DNA from: a virus
Lineage: Duplodnaviria; Caudoviricetes
Virus record (IMG/VR): IMGVR_UViG_3300036794_000053
Coordinates: 1 to 64,000 of that record
Direction: 5' to 3' (one strand)
Length of the DNA stretch: 64,000 nucleotides
The position numbers were made by a program, and so were the translations under genes. Of this stretch, positions 18,371-27,854 are shown in pieces (position 1 is the stretch's first letter; the number at the start of each line of letters is the position of its first letter). Under the pieces are notes generated by a model. It saw nothing but the letters and a program-made list of their open reading frames with translations, ran no database searches and was not told where the DNA came from.

Positions 18371-18898
18371 GGATACGGGTGGCGATGAGTGACGGGACCA
18401 CGCTGTCGGAACGGCAGGCTGAACACCGGGCGGCGGCGATCGCGTTGGGTCGGTTTCTGCGGGAGTACCCGATGCTGGTGCCGAGTGGCCGGCGGATTGT
18501 GCTCACGGTCGCGGGTGATCCGGTTGGGGAGGTCATGTTGCGGTTGCGTGGTTTGCCGGGTGTTGTGGCGGTGTATCGGCCGGAGACGGGTGGGCTTGAG
18601 TTTGTTGATACGGCGCCGCCGTGAGGCTGAATGACACTGGCCGGCCGATCTCGGAGGACCAGTACAACCGGCTGGTGAAGGCGCTTGCCGACCCGAAGGT
18701 AGTACAGGATTTTTGGCTGGGTGAGGAACGGCCGGCCGACTGGCCGGAGGCGGTACCGTTCCCGGCAGAGCGTGTGGTACTCCCGCGGGATTGGGTTGTT
18801 CGGCGGCGTGTCGAGTTGGGGTTGGGTGCGCGGCGTAGGGGTTGACGTTGTGAGGAGGGCGCTGTGGGTGCGTGTTTTCTCTGGCGGTGGGTTGCGCC

Positions 18899-19918
18899 TT
18901 GAGTTGGTTGAAGATTGATGATGGGTTTCATTCTCATCCGAAGGTGTTGGAGGCTGGGAATGAGGCGGTTGGTTTGTGGGTGCGGTGTGGTGCTTATTGT
19001 GCGCAGCATTTGACGGATGGGTTCGTACCCCGTCAGATTGTTCTGATTTACGGCAGTGTGACGTTGGCGGAGGTGTTGGTCGAGGTGCGTCTGTGGGTGT
19101 CTGTTGATGGTGGTTGGCAGATGAACGACTTCTTGACATACAACAGGTCGCGTTCGCAAGTCTTATCAGATCGTAAGGAGGGGTTGGAGCGGCAGCGGCG
19201 GTCTCGTGAACGCCGAAAGGGTGTTGACGAGGGAGAACAGGTCGACGCTATCAACGGTCACAGCGTGAGTCACAGCGTGACAACTAGTGACAGTCACAGT
19301 GTGAGTCACGCGTCTGTCACACCGACCGGTGTCACACCGACCCGACCCGACCCGATAACTACTAATAAGAACAAACGGTCGGCCGAAGCCGACCAAGACT
19401 TCGCCGAGTTCTGGACGCACTACCCACGTAAGCGCCAGAAAACCGACGCACGAACCGCCTGGACACAACAACTACGCAAGAACGTCACACCCGAACGCAT
19501 GATCAACGGCTCAGCCGGCTACGCCCAACACTGCCGCGACCGCAACATCGACGACCAGTTCATCAAATACCCGGGCGCCTGGCTGCGCGCCGGCGGCTAC
19601 GACGACTACCAGCCGGAACCCGACCCGCTGGACGGCGACCCGGCCGAAGTGCTGCGGGAACTGTGGCGGATCGCCGACGCCAAAACCGTGGCCTCGATCC
19701 TTCGAGTCCCGTTCGTTGACCGGCCACAACCACCCAGCGACGGCACCCCGCGCGACCAGTGGCTGCGGGACTCCCGCCGCTCGTGGATCGAGGACCATAT
19801 CGAGGCCGCGAAACAAGCGCTGAGCTGCCGCCAATCCACACCGTGGCCCCTGACCCCACCGCATCCCTCCCAGTCGCTCTCGAACGGCGCCAGCCGGCAG
19901 CACACGGTGTCGCCATGA
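18899..19918 (+). CDS. Phage replication initiator (Rep/O-like)
   Basis: WLKIDDGFHSHPKV...GLWVR...TDGFVP N-domain; FAEFWTHYPRK and YPGAWL C-domain; internal iterons; precedes DnaB. Start 18899 or 18872. Confidence 0.8.
   Translation: MSWLKIDDGFHSHPKVLEAGNEAVGLWVRCGAYCAQHLTDGFVPRQIVLIYGSVTLAEVLVEVRLWVSVDGGWQMNDFLTYNRSRSQVLSDRKEGLERQRRSRERRKGVDEGEQVDAINGHSVSHSVTTSDSHSVSHASVTPTGVTPTRPDPITTNKNKRSAEADQDFAEFWTHYPRKRQKTDARTAWTQQLRKNVTPERMINGSAGYAQHCRDRNIDDQFIKYPGAWLRAGGYDDYQPEPDPLDGDPAEVLRELWRIADAKTVASILRVPFVDRPQPPSDGTPRDQWLRDSRRSWIEDHIEAAKQALSCRQSTPWPLTPPHPSQSLSNGASRQHTVSP
19257..19376. promoter_or_regulatory. Putative replication origin (iterons + AT-rich tract) inside rep
   Basis: Clustered GTCAC/GTGA(C/G) repeats 19257-19335, (CCGAC)n, then TAACTACTAATAAGAACAAA. 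Confidence 0.65.
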
Positions 19919-21192
19919 CCGAAGACCAGTTGCGATCCGACCCCGCCGAAGCCGCGTTGCTGGGCGCGCTCGCCTTCCACGGCAACGCCATGCACCACGT
20001 CCTCCGGGCGGTCGCCGCCGACGACTTCTACAAGCCGGCACGCGGCGCGATCTGGCTGGCCGCGCAGCAGCTGGCCACGAATGGCAAACCGATTGACCCG
20101 GTCGCTGTCACGCGTGAGCTGCAGGGTGGTGGCCAGTTGAACCGGGTGATTGAGCAGTTGATAGTCGCTGAAATGACAACGTCAGTCAGCGTTGATATCG
20201 CCGGCCGCTACGCCCAAACCGTCGTTGACCTGGCCAAACGTCGTGACATGTTAAGAGCTTGTCAACGGGCCACGGACATTGTCATGTCGCACCCTGGTGA
20301 GGCGTCCGAGGCTCTGTCCGCGGCGCGCGCCGAGTTCGAGAAGCTGTCCATCAACGAGGATGAGCCGGCCACGTTGTCGTGGCGGCAGATGATCGACGAG
20401 TTTGAGACGGTGCATGCCCCGGGTGGTTCTCGTCCTGGCATTCCGTCGCCGTGGTGGCAGCTGGACATGCTGATCGGCGGCCTGTTTGGGTCACGCATGT
20501 ATACGTTCGGTGGAAGACCTGGCGATGGCAAAAGTACGGCTGTCTTAAACTGTGCGTTTCATGCGGCGAAAGAGTCCGGCAAGCAAGTCTTGATCTTCAG
20601 CAAAGAGATGCCGTCGATTGACGTGACCGGCCGCTTCATTTCGGCCGCCGCTGAGATACCACTTGACGAGATCGCGGCACGTCGGCTGTCAGATGACATG
20701 CGGCAACGTGCACGGGACTGGGCCAAGAAGATAGGGAACCTGCCGATCCGGGTGAACGCCGGCCCGGGCGGCTTGACGGCGATTAAAAACCAGGCACGAG
20801 CGCAGGCCAACCGAACCGGCCTGGACATGCTGATTGTGGACTACTTGCAGCTCGTCAAGACCGAAGCGCCGGGTCGGAACCGTGAGCAAGAGGTTGCGCA
20901 GGTGTCGCGCGAGTTGAAGGCGCTGTGTATGGAATTGGATTGTGCTCTTCTTGTCCCTGCGCAGTTGAACCGTGGGTCAGTGACACGTTCCGATCCGAAA
21001 CCAACCATGGCTGACCTACGCGATTCGGGTCAGATCGAGCAAGATAGCGACGCGGTGATCTTGTTGTATCGGCCGGTCGCCGAGAACGGCGAACCCAAGG
21101 GCGGTATCCGATTCATCGTGGACAAGAACCGGCACGGCTCGCCGGGTGTGGTCGATCTGGATTGGAACGGCGCGTACGGGTTGATCCGATGA
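19915..21192 (+). CDS. dnaB: Replicative DNA helicase
   Basis: GGRPGDGKS, FSKEM, IVDYLQL, AQLNR, DLRDSGQIEQDSD, KNRHG. Confidence 0.95.
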   Translation: MTEDQLRSDPAEAALLGALAFHGNAMHHVLRAVAADDFYKPARGAIWLAAQQLATNGKPIDPVAVTRELQGGGQLNRVIEQLIVAEMTTSVSVDIAGRYAQTVVDLAKRRDMLRACQRATDIVMSHPGEASEALSAARAEFEKLSINEDEPATLSWRQMIDEFETVHAPGGSRPGIPSPWWQLDMLIGGLFGSRMYTFGGRPGDGKSTAVLNCAFHAAKESGKQVLIFSKEMPSIDVTGRFISAAAEIPLDEIAARRLSDDMRQRARDWAKKIGNLPIRVNAGPGGLTAIKNQARAQANRTGLDMLIVDYLQLVKTEAPGRNREQEVAQVSRELKALCMELDCALLVPAQLNRGSVTRSDPKPTMADLRDSGQIEQDSDAVILLYRPVAENGEPKGGIRFIVDKNRHGSPGVVDLDWNGAYGLIR

Positions 21193-21464
21193 TCCGGCCA
21201 TCGTTCGACGACACCATCAAATCCCTCAGGGAAATCGCCGCGCGCAATGATGACGGTGTGCTGCACGATCTGATAGCGACGGCCGAGTATGTGAACTTCG
21301 ACCACCAGTCCGCATCCGAGGAGCATTCGGCTAAGCATGGGTGGGGGGTGTGTGAGACGTGCGAGACGCCGTGGCCGTGTTTGGTGTGGGTCACCACCGA
21401 GGCCGCGATCGTGGAATGGTTGATCAAGAACAGTACGTGTTTGATGGCGAAGCGGCACCGATGA
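21189..21464 (+). CDS. Hypothetical protein (CxxC...WPC)
   Basis: Coupled to dnaB. Confidence 0.6.
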   Translation: MIRPSFDDTIKSLREIAARNDDGVLHDLIATAEYVNFDHQSASEEHSAKHGWGVCETCETPWPCLVWVTTEAAIVEWLIKNSTCLMAKRHR

Positions 21465-21636
21465 TCGAGAGCATGATCGTGGTGGTGTTGTCGTTGATGG
21501 TGGTGGCGGTGGCGTTCGCACCGTTGGAGTGGCTGCTGCAGCGGACCATTCCGTTCTGGCTGGGTGTCACGTTGTATACCAGTTGGTTCGCGTTGTGGAT
21601 GGTGGCTATCCCCATGTTGGTGGCGTGTGGGTTGGG

Positions 21637-22047
21637 GTGGCTGCGCTGATCGAGTTCGTGTTGTTCGTGCCCGGTAAGCCAGCACCGCAAGGTAGTAAGC
21701 GGCATGTGGGGAATGGCGTGTTGGTGGAGTCGTCGAAGGCAGTGGGGTCGTGGCGGTCGGTGGTGGCGTGGTCGGTGGCGCAGCAGTGGCGGTGGCCGCC
21801 GATCCCGGGCGCGGTGTGTGTGGATTTAGAGTTCGTGATGCCGCGTCCGAAGGCCACCCCGAAGGTGACGCCGCCGGCAGTCAAGAAGCCGGACTTGGAC
21901 AAACTTTTGCGCGCGATTTTGGATGCGTTGACTGGGGTGTGTTGGCGGGATGATTCGCAGGTGGATGATGCGCACGCCACGAAACGGATCGCCGAGTTGA
22001 ACGAACTGCCGGGTGTGCGTATTGTGATTGTGGGAGCGGATGGGTAA
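21637..22047 (+). CDS. rusA: RusA-like Holliday junction resolvase
   Basis: PGKPAPQGSKR; KPDLDKLLRAILDAL; DDSQV. Confidence 0.88.
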   Translation: MAALIEFVLFVPGKPAPQGSKRHVGNGVLVESSKAVGSWRSVVAWSVAQQWRWPPIPGAVCVDLEFVMPRPKATPKVTPPAVKKPDLDKLLRAILDALTGVCWRDDSQVDDAHATKRIAELNELPGVRIVIVGADG

Positions 22048-22348
22048 GCACGTCTATATTTCTGGGCCGATGACTGGGATACCGGAGTGGAATCTGCCGG
22101 CGTTCGCCCAGGCCGAGGTCGACCTCACCGACGCTGGGTACACTGCGATCAACCCGGGTAGGCACGGCGCCGATCCGGACCGCCCGTGGTCTGACTATCT
22201 GCGCCAGGATTTGCAGGAGCTGTTGGGTTGTGACGCGGTCGCTCTGCTGCCCGGGTGGGAACGGTCACGTGGCGCGCAGCTGGAAGTTCATGTGGCCAAG
22301 GCGTTGGGCATGGAAGTGGACGACTTGTCGACGTGGCTGAAGCAGTGA
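22040..22348 (+). CDS. DUF4406 / nucleoside 2-deoxyribosyltransferase-like protein
   Basis: VYISGPMTG...NP...CDAVALLPGWERSRGAQLE. Confidence 0.85.
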   Translation: MGKHVYISGPMTGIPEWNLPAFAQAEVDLTDAGYTAINPGRHGADPDRPWSDYLRQDLQELLGCDAVALLPGWERSRGAQLEVHVAKALGMEVDDLSTWLKQ

Positions 22349-22711
22349 CGGAACGTCCGTATGTCCCAGGGGCCGTGCATGATGCGCCGGAATCACAGTT
22401 GCGGTCGGCGGCGTTGTACATAATGAGAAGGCAGCGTCGGAATCCAGTGGCTATGTGGGAGTTGCTGGAGGCGTTGGGTTTGACCAGTGTGGCTCGGGAG
22501 TTGTTGGCCGAGCGGATCGGACGTTCATGATTGGGCTCGTGGTGTGTGACGAGGCGGCGTTGCGGGCGGATGCGGCTGATCTCGTGGGAACGATTTTGAA
22601 TGAGTTGTTTCACGAGTTGTCCCGGACGGAGTACCTGTTCCTGGTGCATCAGGTGTGCGGAAAACATGGGGTGGATTTCACCCCGACGGATCGGCCGCTT
22701 CGGGACGCGGC

Positions 22712-23095
22712 GTGATCGCCGTCCTCAGCGTGGTTGGGTATCTGGCGGTGGGGATGTTGTATGCCAGGTCGCAGGCGTTGAACTGCTGGAAACGCGCGAA
22801 CGTGGAATGGCATTGCGAGAGCAGCATTCGGGAAGCTGTTGTTGCTATGCAGGCGTGGCGGGTGTTCTTCTGGCCGTATGGTGTGGTGTGGGACACGGTT
22901 CGCGGTCCGGTCTACAAGTGGATGACGAAACCAGTCACTGACTACGCGGCGCATGTCAAGCAGTTGCAGGACGAAGCTAAGGGCTGGCAAGAGAAGCAGT
23001 ACGACTCGTCGGCCAGCCAAGCTGAGCGGGACATGGCGGCGCAGCTGGCCAAGTTTTGCCGTGACGAGGCGTGCCGGCTCGAAGCGAAGCGGTGA
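22712..23095 (+). CDS. Membrane-associated hypothetical protein (paralog of 6815-7123)
   Basis: YLAVGMLYAR...WP. Confidence 0.6.
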   Translation: MIAVLSVVGYLAVGMLYARSQALNCWKRANVEWHCESSIREAVVAMQAWRVFFWPYGVVWDTVRGPVYKWMTKPVTDYAAHVKQLQDEAKGWQEKQYDSSASQAERDMAAQLAKFCRDEACRLEAKR

Positions 23096-23715
23096 CCCGA
23101 CCGTTCTGGTGGGCGGTCGGCGTGGTCACCGGGTTGTTGTCGGCGGCGGCGGCGTGGTGGTGGCAGGAGCTGCGGCCGGCGGAGCTGGTGTGCCCGATCT
23201 GCGACAAGCCGTTCTCTTGTCACCGTGACGAGATTGATGCGGCGATGGTGTATCACGAGGAATTTGACTGTGAGGGTGAGGTATGAAAGCGAACTGGAAA
23301 ACCAGGCCCGATAACGAGCACCGTTGGCTGCCGGCTATCTACATCACCACATCCACTGTGCTGTGGGTTACCGGGATGGTGGCCGCGTTCCAAGGTAAGT
23401 GGACGAGTGTGGCGATCTCGGTCCTGACGTTGGTGTTCACGTCGGCGTTGTGGTCGTGGTCGCTGCAGGAACGGTTCACCACCACGATCACGATCTCACG
23501 GGACGACGAGTGAAGCCGTCATTGAGAACCGACGGGATAGTCCAGTTCACGGTGATACTTATCCTCGTGGCGATGGGCGCATACAACGGGTTCACGAACC
23601 ATATCGGCGGCGCGATCTTCGACATCCTGATGCTGCTCGCGCTGCTGCATGTGCGTGTCTGGATAATCTGGTCGGCCCTGCAGTTCTATATCGACATGTG
23701 GATCAGGCGACCACG

Positions 23716-24444
23716 ATGACCCAACAGCAGTATGGACGCCACGGCTGGAACAACCCGCTCCTCCTGGACTTGTTTTGCGGGGCCGGTGGCGCCGCCAAGG
23801 GATATCAGGACGCCGGCTTCGAAGTCATCGGGGTCGACATCGCACGCCAACCCAACTTCCCGAGCACGTTCCTGCAGCGGGACGTGATGGAGGCCGGCAT
23901 GATTGAGGAGCTGGTGAAATGGTGCCACCCGACCGCCATCCACGCCAGCCCACCATGCCAATTTTATTCACCTCTTCGTGCATATACTCAGAAGGAATAC
24001 CCGGACCTCGTCAACGCCGTTCGTGCTGGCCTCGTCGCCACGGGCACCCCGTGGGTTATCGAGAACGTCCCCCAAGCACCACTGATCAACCCGATCATTC
24101 TGTGCGGTGCAATGTTTGGACTGCGGCTCTACCGGCACCGTGCGTTCGAATCGTCCATCGAACTCACCGCACCCGAACACCCAGCACACACGGCACGGTG
24201 CGCACGGAACGGCAACATGCCGACCGCCGACCAACCGTTCATGACCATCACTGGCGGTAAGCACAGCAAGGCGTGGCAGTTGAAAGCGTGTGAGTATATG
24301 GGTACGCCGTGGATGGAGACGGTGGTTGAGGTGTGCGAGGCGATCCCACCTCGCTACACCCAGCATGTTGGTGAACAGTTGCTAGCCGCGATCGACATCC
24401 CACCACTGGATTTTGGGTGGATGTCGTTACCCTTCGCCTACTAA
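23716..24444 (+). CDS. DNA cytosine-5 methyltransferase (short type)
   Basis: Motif I LDLFCGAGG, motif IV SPPCQ, motif VI IENV. Confidence 0.88.
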   Translation: MTQQQYGRHGWNNPLLLDLFCGAGGAAKGYQDAGFEVIGVDIARQPNFPSTFLQRDVMEAGMIEELVKWCHPTAIHASPPCQFYSPLRAYTQKEYPDLVNAVRAGLVATGTPWVIENVPQAPLINPIILCGAMFGLRLYRHRAFESSIELTAPEHPAHTARCARNGNMPTADQPFMTITGGKHSKAWQLKACEYMGTPWMETVVEVCEAIPPRYTQHVGEQLLAAIDIPPLDFGWMSLPFAY

Positions 24445-24455
24445 GGAAGACAGAG

Positions 24456-24815
24456 ATGAAAGACTTCACCGCCGCCGCGGTCGCTATCTGTGGCGGCATC
24501 ATCGTCCTATGCGTGGTCATCTTCGGCGGGTGGGCGGCCGGCTGGTGGTTCACAACACAGAACACGAACCGTAGCGACGTCCTCTACCAGCAAGGTTATG
24601 CGGCGCAGAACGCCGCCGAGCACGAGCTGTCCCAGCAAATCGTGGAGCTCACCAAGATGGACAACCAAATCGCCGCCGCCACTGCTGCCGAGCGTCCCGG
24701 GTTGGTGGCGCAGCGGGTGGCGATCCTGAATCAGGCGTGTGAAACGGCCGCCGGGATCACCCATCCCACGTTTGTGCATGTGCAGTGGCGTGCCGTGAAC
24801 TGCGGGGCCAACTGA
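24456..24815 (+). CDS. Membrane-anchored hypothetical protein
   Basis: N-terminal TM segment; AAGGAAG RBS. Confidence 0.65.
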   Translation: MKDFTAAAVAICGGIIVLCVVIFGGWAAGWWFTTQNTNRSDVLYQQGYAAQNAAEHELSQQIVELTKMDNQIAAATAAERPGLVAQRVAILNQACETAAGITHPTFVHVQWRAVNCGAN

Positions 24816-25396
24816 TGAGGCGCTATGTGTTTCTCGGGGCGCTGGTGTGTCTCGGGTTGGCGGCGTGTGGGGTGCCGGCGTCGAACGGGGATCAGCGGGA
24901 AACCCAAGGCCAGCATCAGCAGACGGATCAGTTCATCCAGTCGCAGCCGCCGCACTTCCACTCCTATAGCCAGTGGCGGCAGAACCTGAACGAGATCGAG
25001 GACGCCGAGGCCACTGGTATTCAGACCACGAGTTTCATGATGGGGCCGGCGGTGGACCCGGACCCCATCCAAACGTGTCCGTCGATCGGTGTGCCGATCC
25101 CGATCACCGCATCATTGACCAACCCGCACCAGTTGACGTGGCAGTGGATCGGTGGGGATGGTGGCCATTACTCGGACGGTATCGTCGACCAGATGGACCC
25201 GAACGGTATCTATGTACCAGCCGATTCGGCCGGCACCTTTGTGATCTGTGTCCAGCCGGATGGTTCGGTCGAGCCTTCGTACGCGGAGGGGTTGGTGCAT
25301 ACTGTGTTTGGGCCGGCGACGTGGGACTACGTGCATCACCAGGTCAAGTTGACTGGGGCGCCGACGGTGCATTTCTCCCCGCCGAAATCAGGCTGA
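24815..25396 (+). CDS. Lipoprotein
   Basis: Signal peptide with LAAC lipobox. Confidence 0.7.
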   Translation: MRRYVFLGALVCLGLAACGVPASNGDQRETQGQHQQTDQFIQSQPPHFHSYSQWRQNLNEIEDAEATGIQTTSFMMGPAVDPDPIQTCPSIGVPIPITASLTNPHQLTWQWIGGDGGHYSDGIVDQMDPNGIYVPADSAGTFVICVQPDGSVEPSYAEGLVHTVFGPATWDYVHHQVKLTGAPTVHFSPPKSG

Positions 25397-25494
25397 ATAG
25401 GTCCGCCCCTGTCGCTCCCCAAGAACTTCCAGGGGCGGACCACGTAACCGGGTGACGTCCGGTCGACCGAGAGCTTAGCGCTTGGGAGGCTGAA

Positions 25495-26193
25495 ATCGAC
25501 GCAGACCCGCTGCAACGCCCGGCTGGTGCGTGCAGTACGTGTCGTCCACCCGCCGGGGAGCGGGCGTGGACTCGCGCCGACGACGGCTCCCGAACCTGCG
25601 GCCAGTGCGCTGATGTGATTCGTAGGAATTTGCGGGAGGTCGCCGTCCGGTATGACATGTTGGACCCGTCGCCGGGTGGGTGTGCTGATGGTGGTCGGGG
25701 TGCACCTGGGTTCGGCAGCCGTTCGCCGGGTAGTGACCACATTATTGCGATGCGTGATCCGAGGTCGAGCGCGGATGCGCATGTGTGGGTGGGCGCGGAC
25801 GGCAGGGTGCATCGGGAATCGCAGCGGCCGCCGCTGTCCGTGTTCGGCGTGTTGGACTGTTGGTATTGGGACGTCACCGAGGCGAGAGGCTTCGACTCCC
25901 GACAACAAACCACAGTCGCCGGGCTATGTACGTGGCTGGGTGACCAGGTTGGGTGGTTGACCAGCCAGGAATGTGTGGTCGAGTTCCACGAGGACGTTGC
26001 GTTGCTGGTTGGCCAGTTGAAACCGTTGACTGGTGGCGGGCAGAAACCGGTCGCTATCTGCCCGAGGGTGGTGGATGGGCGGCCGTGCCGGTCGAAGCTG
26101 TTTGAACCGGACCGTGATGGGGTGATCACGTGTCCGCGTTGTCATTGGGATTGGCCGCGGGAGAAGTGGCGTGAGCTGGGTGAGGCGTCATGA
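25495..26193 (+). CDS. Zn-finger protein, possible late-gene regulator; probable ATC start
   Basis: Open frame from 25456; two CxxC upstream of the first GTG (25615); GGAGG 5 nt before ATC; C-terminal Zn ribbon. Confidence 0.6.
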   Translation: MDADPLQRPAGACSTCRPPAGERAWTRADDGSRTCGQCADVIRRNLREVAVRYDMLDPSPGGCADGGRGAPGFGSRSPGSDHIIAMRDPRSSADAHVWVGADGRVHRESQRPPLSVFGVLDCWYWDVTEARGFDSRQQTTVAGLCTWLGDQVGWLTSQECVVEFHEDVALLVGQLKPLTGGGQKPVAICPRVVDGRPCRSKLFEPDRDGVITCPRCHWDWPREKWRELGEAS

Positions 26194-26375
26194 GAGGCCC
26201 ACGTCATCTGTTTACCGCGGCGGAGGCGGCGCGGCTGTTGCATATCCCACCAGGCACGATCCGTTCGTGGAAGGCCCGTGGGTTGTTGTTCGAGTTCGGG
26301 TTGACTGAGCGTGGGAATCCTATGTATGACCGGGATCATCTGGTGGCGTTGCGGGATCGCCGCCGGGCGAGTTGA
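26190..26375 (+). CDS. MerR-type HTH protein
   Basis: TAAEAARLLHIPPGTIRSWKARG. Confidence 0.8.
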   Translation: MRGPRHLFTAAEAARLLHIPPGTIRSWKARGLLFEFGLTERGNPMYDRDHLVALRDRRRAS

Positions 26376-26621
26376 CTTCTGTCCCCCGGGGTTGCAACAC
26401 TGGGTTTCATACTGGCCGTCGTACGCGCTGGCGCGCCTGGCCTTTCCGTTGATCACCCGAATGGGCGAGGAAAATAGGTGGCGAAGATGGGCGACGGCTG
26501 ACAGTATGGGTTTCAGCGGGACAATCCCGAACCCGTCCCGCCGTGCTGAATAGCAAGGAATTAGGTGGACCCCAGTCCTACCCCCCCTTACTCGGCTGGG
26601 GTTCACCTAACAGCAAGTCAT

Positions 26622-26697
26622 AGCGGTGTGGGGGAGCTCGGTTGTCCCCGCAAGCCTCATAAGCTTGAGAGCGTCAGTTCGAATCTGACCACCGCTA
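26622..26697 (+). tRNA. tRNA-Met (CAT); could be Ile2 or initiator-like
   Basis: Acceptor AGCGGTG/CACCGCT; anticodon arm CAAGC-CTCATAA-GCTTG; T arm GTCAG-TTCGAAT-CTGAC. Confidence 0.88.
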
Positions 26698-26712
26698 CTG
26701 TGGGTAACAACG

Positions 26713-26787
26713 CGGGGTGTAGCTCAGTTGGTTTAGAGTGCCGCGTTTGGGGCGCGGAAGTCACAGGTTCGAGTCCTGTTACCCCGA
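26713..26787 (+). tRNA. tRNA-Pro (TGG)
   Basis: CGGGGTG/TACCCCG; CCGCG-TTTGGGG-CGCGG; TTCGA T-loop. Confidence 0.93.
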
Positions 26788-26835
26788 CGGCCAGCAGCGG
26801 CCACGCGTTTCTGCTGGTTTCACAATTGAATACGG

Positions 26836-26908
26836 TCGGGTGTGCAGCTTTGGTGTATGCGCTTGGTCTCCAAAACCGAGAAACCAGGTTCGAGTCCTGG
26901 CACCCGGG
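26836..26908 (+). tRNA. tRNA-Trp (CCA), atypical D arm
   Basis: TCGGGTG/CACCCGG; CTTGGT-CTCCAAA-ACCGAG; CCAGG-TTCGAGT-CCTGG. Confidence 0.8.
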
Positions 26909-26968
26909 CTGACCGGCAGCGGCTAGGCATTGCGTGTCCGTCCTTGCCACGCCGCTGCTGGTCTCCAG

Positions 26969-27043
26969 GCCTTCGTAGCTCAGTTGGTTAGCAGCAGCCG
27001 GCTTTTACCCGGCGGGTCGCACGTTCGAATCGTGCCGGGGGCA
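26969..27043 (+). tRNA. tRNA-Lys (TTT)
   Basis: GCCTTCG/CGGGGGC; GCCGG-CTTTTAC-CCGGC. Confidence 0.88.
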
Positions 27044-27115
27044 CGGGGCGTAGCTCAATGGATAGAGTGCCGGTTTCCTAAACTGTGGATGCGGGTTCGA
27101 TTCCCGCCGGCCCGA
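27044..27115 (+). tRNA. tRNA-Arg (CCT)
   Basis: TAGCTCAATGGATAGAG D arm; loop TTCCTAA; one acceptor and one anticodon-stem mismatch. Confidence 0.8.
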
Positions 27116-27569
27116 CGTGAACGCGAGAGGATTGTTCGTGTCAGTGTGGGTGTTGGTCGCGGCGCATGGTGCGATCACGTCACCTACGCCGGTTGAGAGT
27201 AAGTGTGTGGCGTGGATTGTGGTGTTCACGAGTTTGACGATTGCGGTGGCGCCGGTTGTGGTGGCGAAGCTGCAGTCACAACCCGCCATCACGGTGGTTG
27301 CGGCGCCGGTTGTGTGTGCTGCGAGTTGTGATTGCGACAGGTGTTTGGAGAGGCACTTGCGGGAGAGTCTTACCTCGGCGGACCGCGAGTATCTGAAGGT
27401 GCTCGGGTGGCGTGATGAGGGTTCACCATGAACATGCAGTGGTTTCCCTACATTGTAGATGCCGTGTTGTTCGGCTGGTTGGGGTTTGTGACTGGCCGTT
27501 GGTCAGCGGAAACGTTCCGCGCGAAGTTCGACATGGAACGCGACTGGAATGGTCGGAAGAAGTACCGTG

Positions 27570-27845
27570 ATGGATAGGCCGTTGCCGTGCATTGTGTGTG
27601 GTGTTCAGCCGAAGCCGGTGTGGGATGATGGTCATTGGCCGCATCAGCCGTTTGAGGCGACGATGTTCGAGGCTGGCATGGGCCATTATGGGTCGACGGT
27701 GTGGGACAAGGTCAGCGGTGACCAGTCGCTGATGATCAACGTGTGCGACAGCTGCCTGCTGGAGAGGCGTGATCGGGCGGCGGTGGTGAACAAGGTGCGG
27801 GTGCCGACGGAGTTCCAGTTTGAACCGTGGCAACCGGAGCCGTAG
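27570..27845 (+). CDS. Hypothetical protein (CxxC, GHYGST, CxxC)
   Basis: ORF with paired Cys motifs. Confidence 0.6.
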   Translation: MDRPLPCIVCGVQPKPVWDDGHWPHQPFEATMFEAGMGHYGSTVWDKVSGDQSLMINVCDSCLLERRDRAAVVNKVRVPTEFQFEPWQPEP

Positions 27846-27854
27846 ATTCCATGT

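Noticed and set aside
19337-19355. (CCGAC)n as a second pentamer guide array
   Set aside because: Invariant short tandem within the rep linker (PTRPDP); no variable positions.
26372-26401. SigA-type promoter for the tRNA cluster (TTGACT at 26372)
   Set aside because: No convincing TANNNT -10 at 16-18 nt spacing.
27044-27115. Amber-suppressor (CTA) reading of the last tRNA
   Set aside because: The stem pairs only when CCT is centred in the loop.
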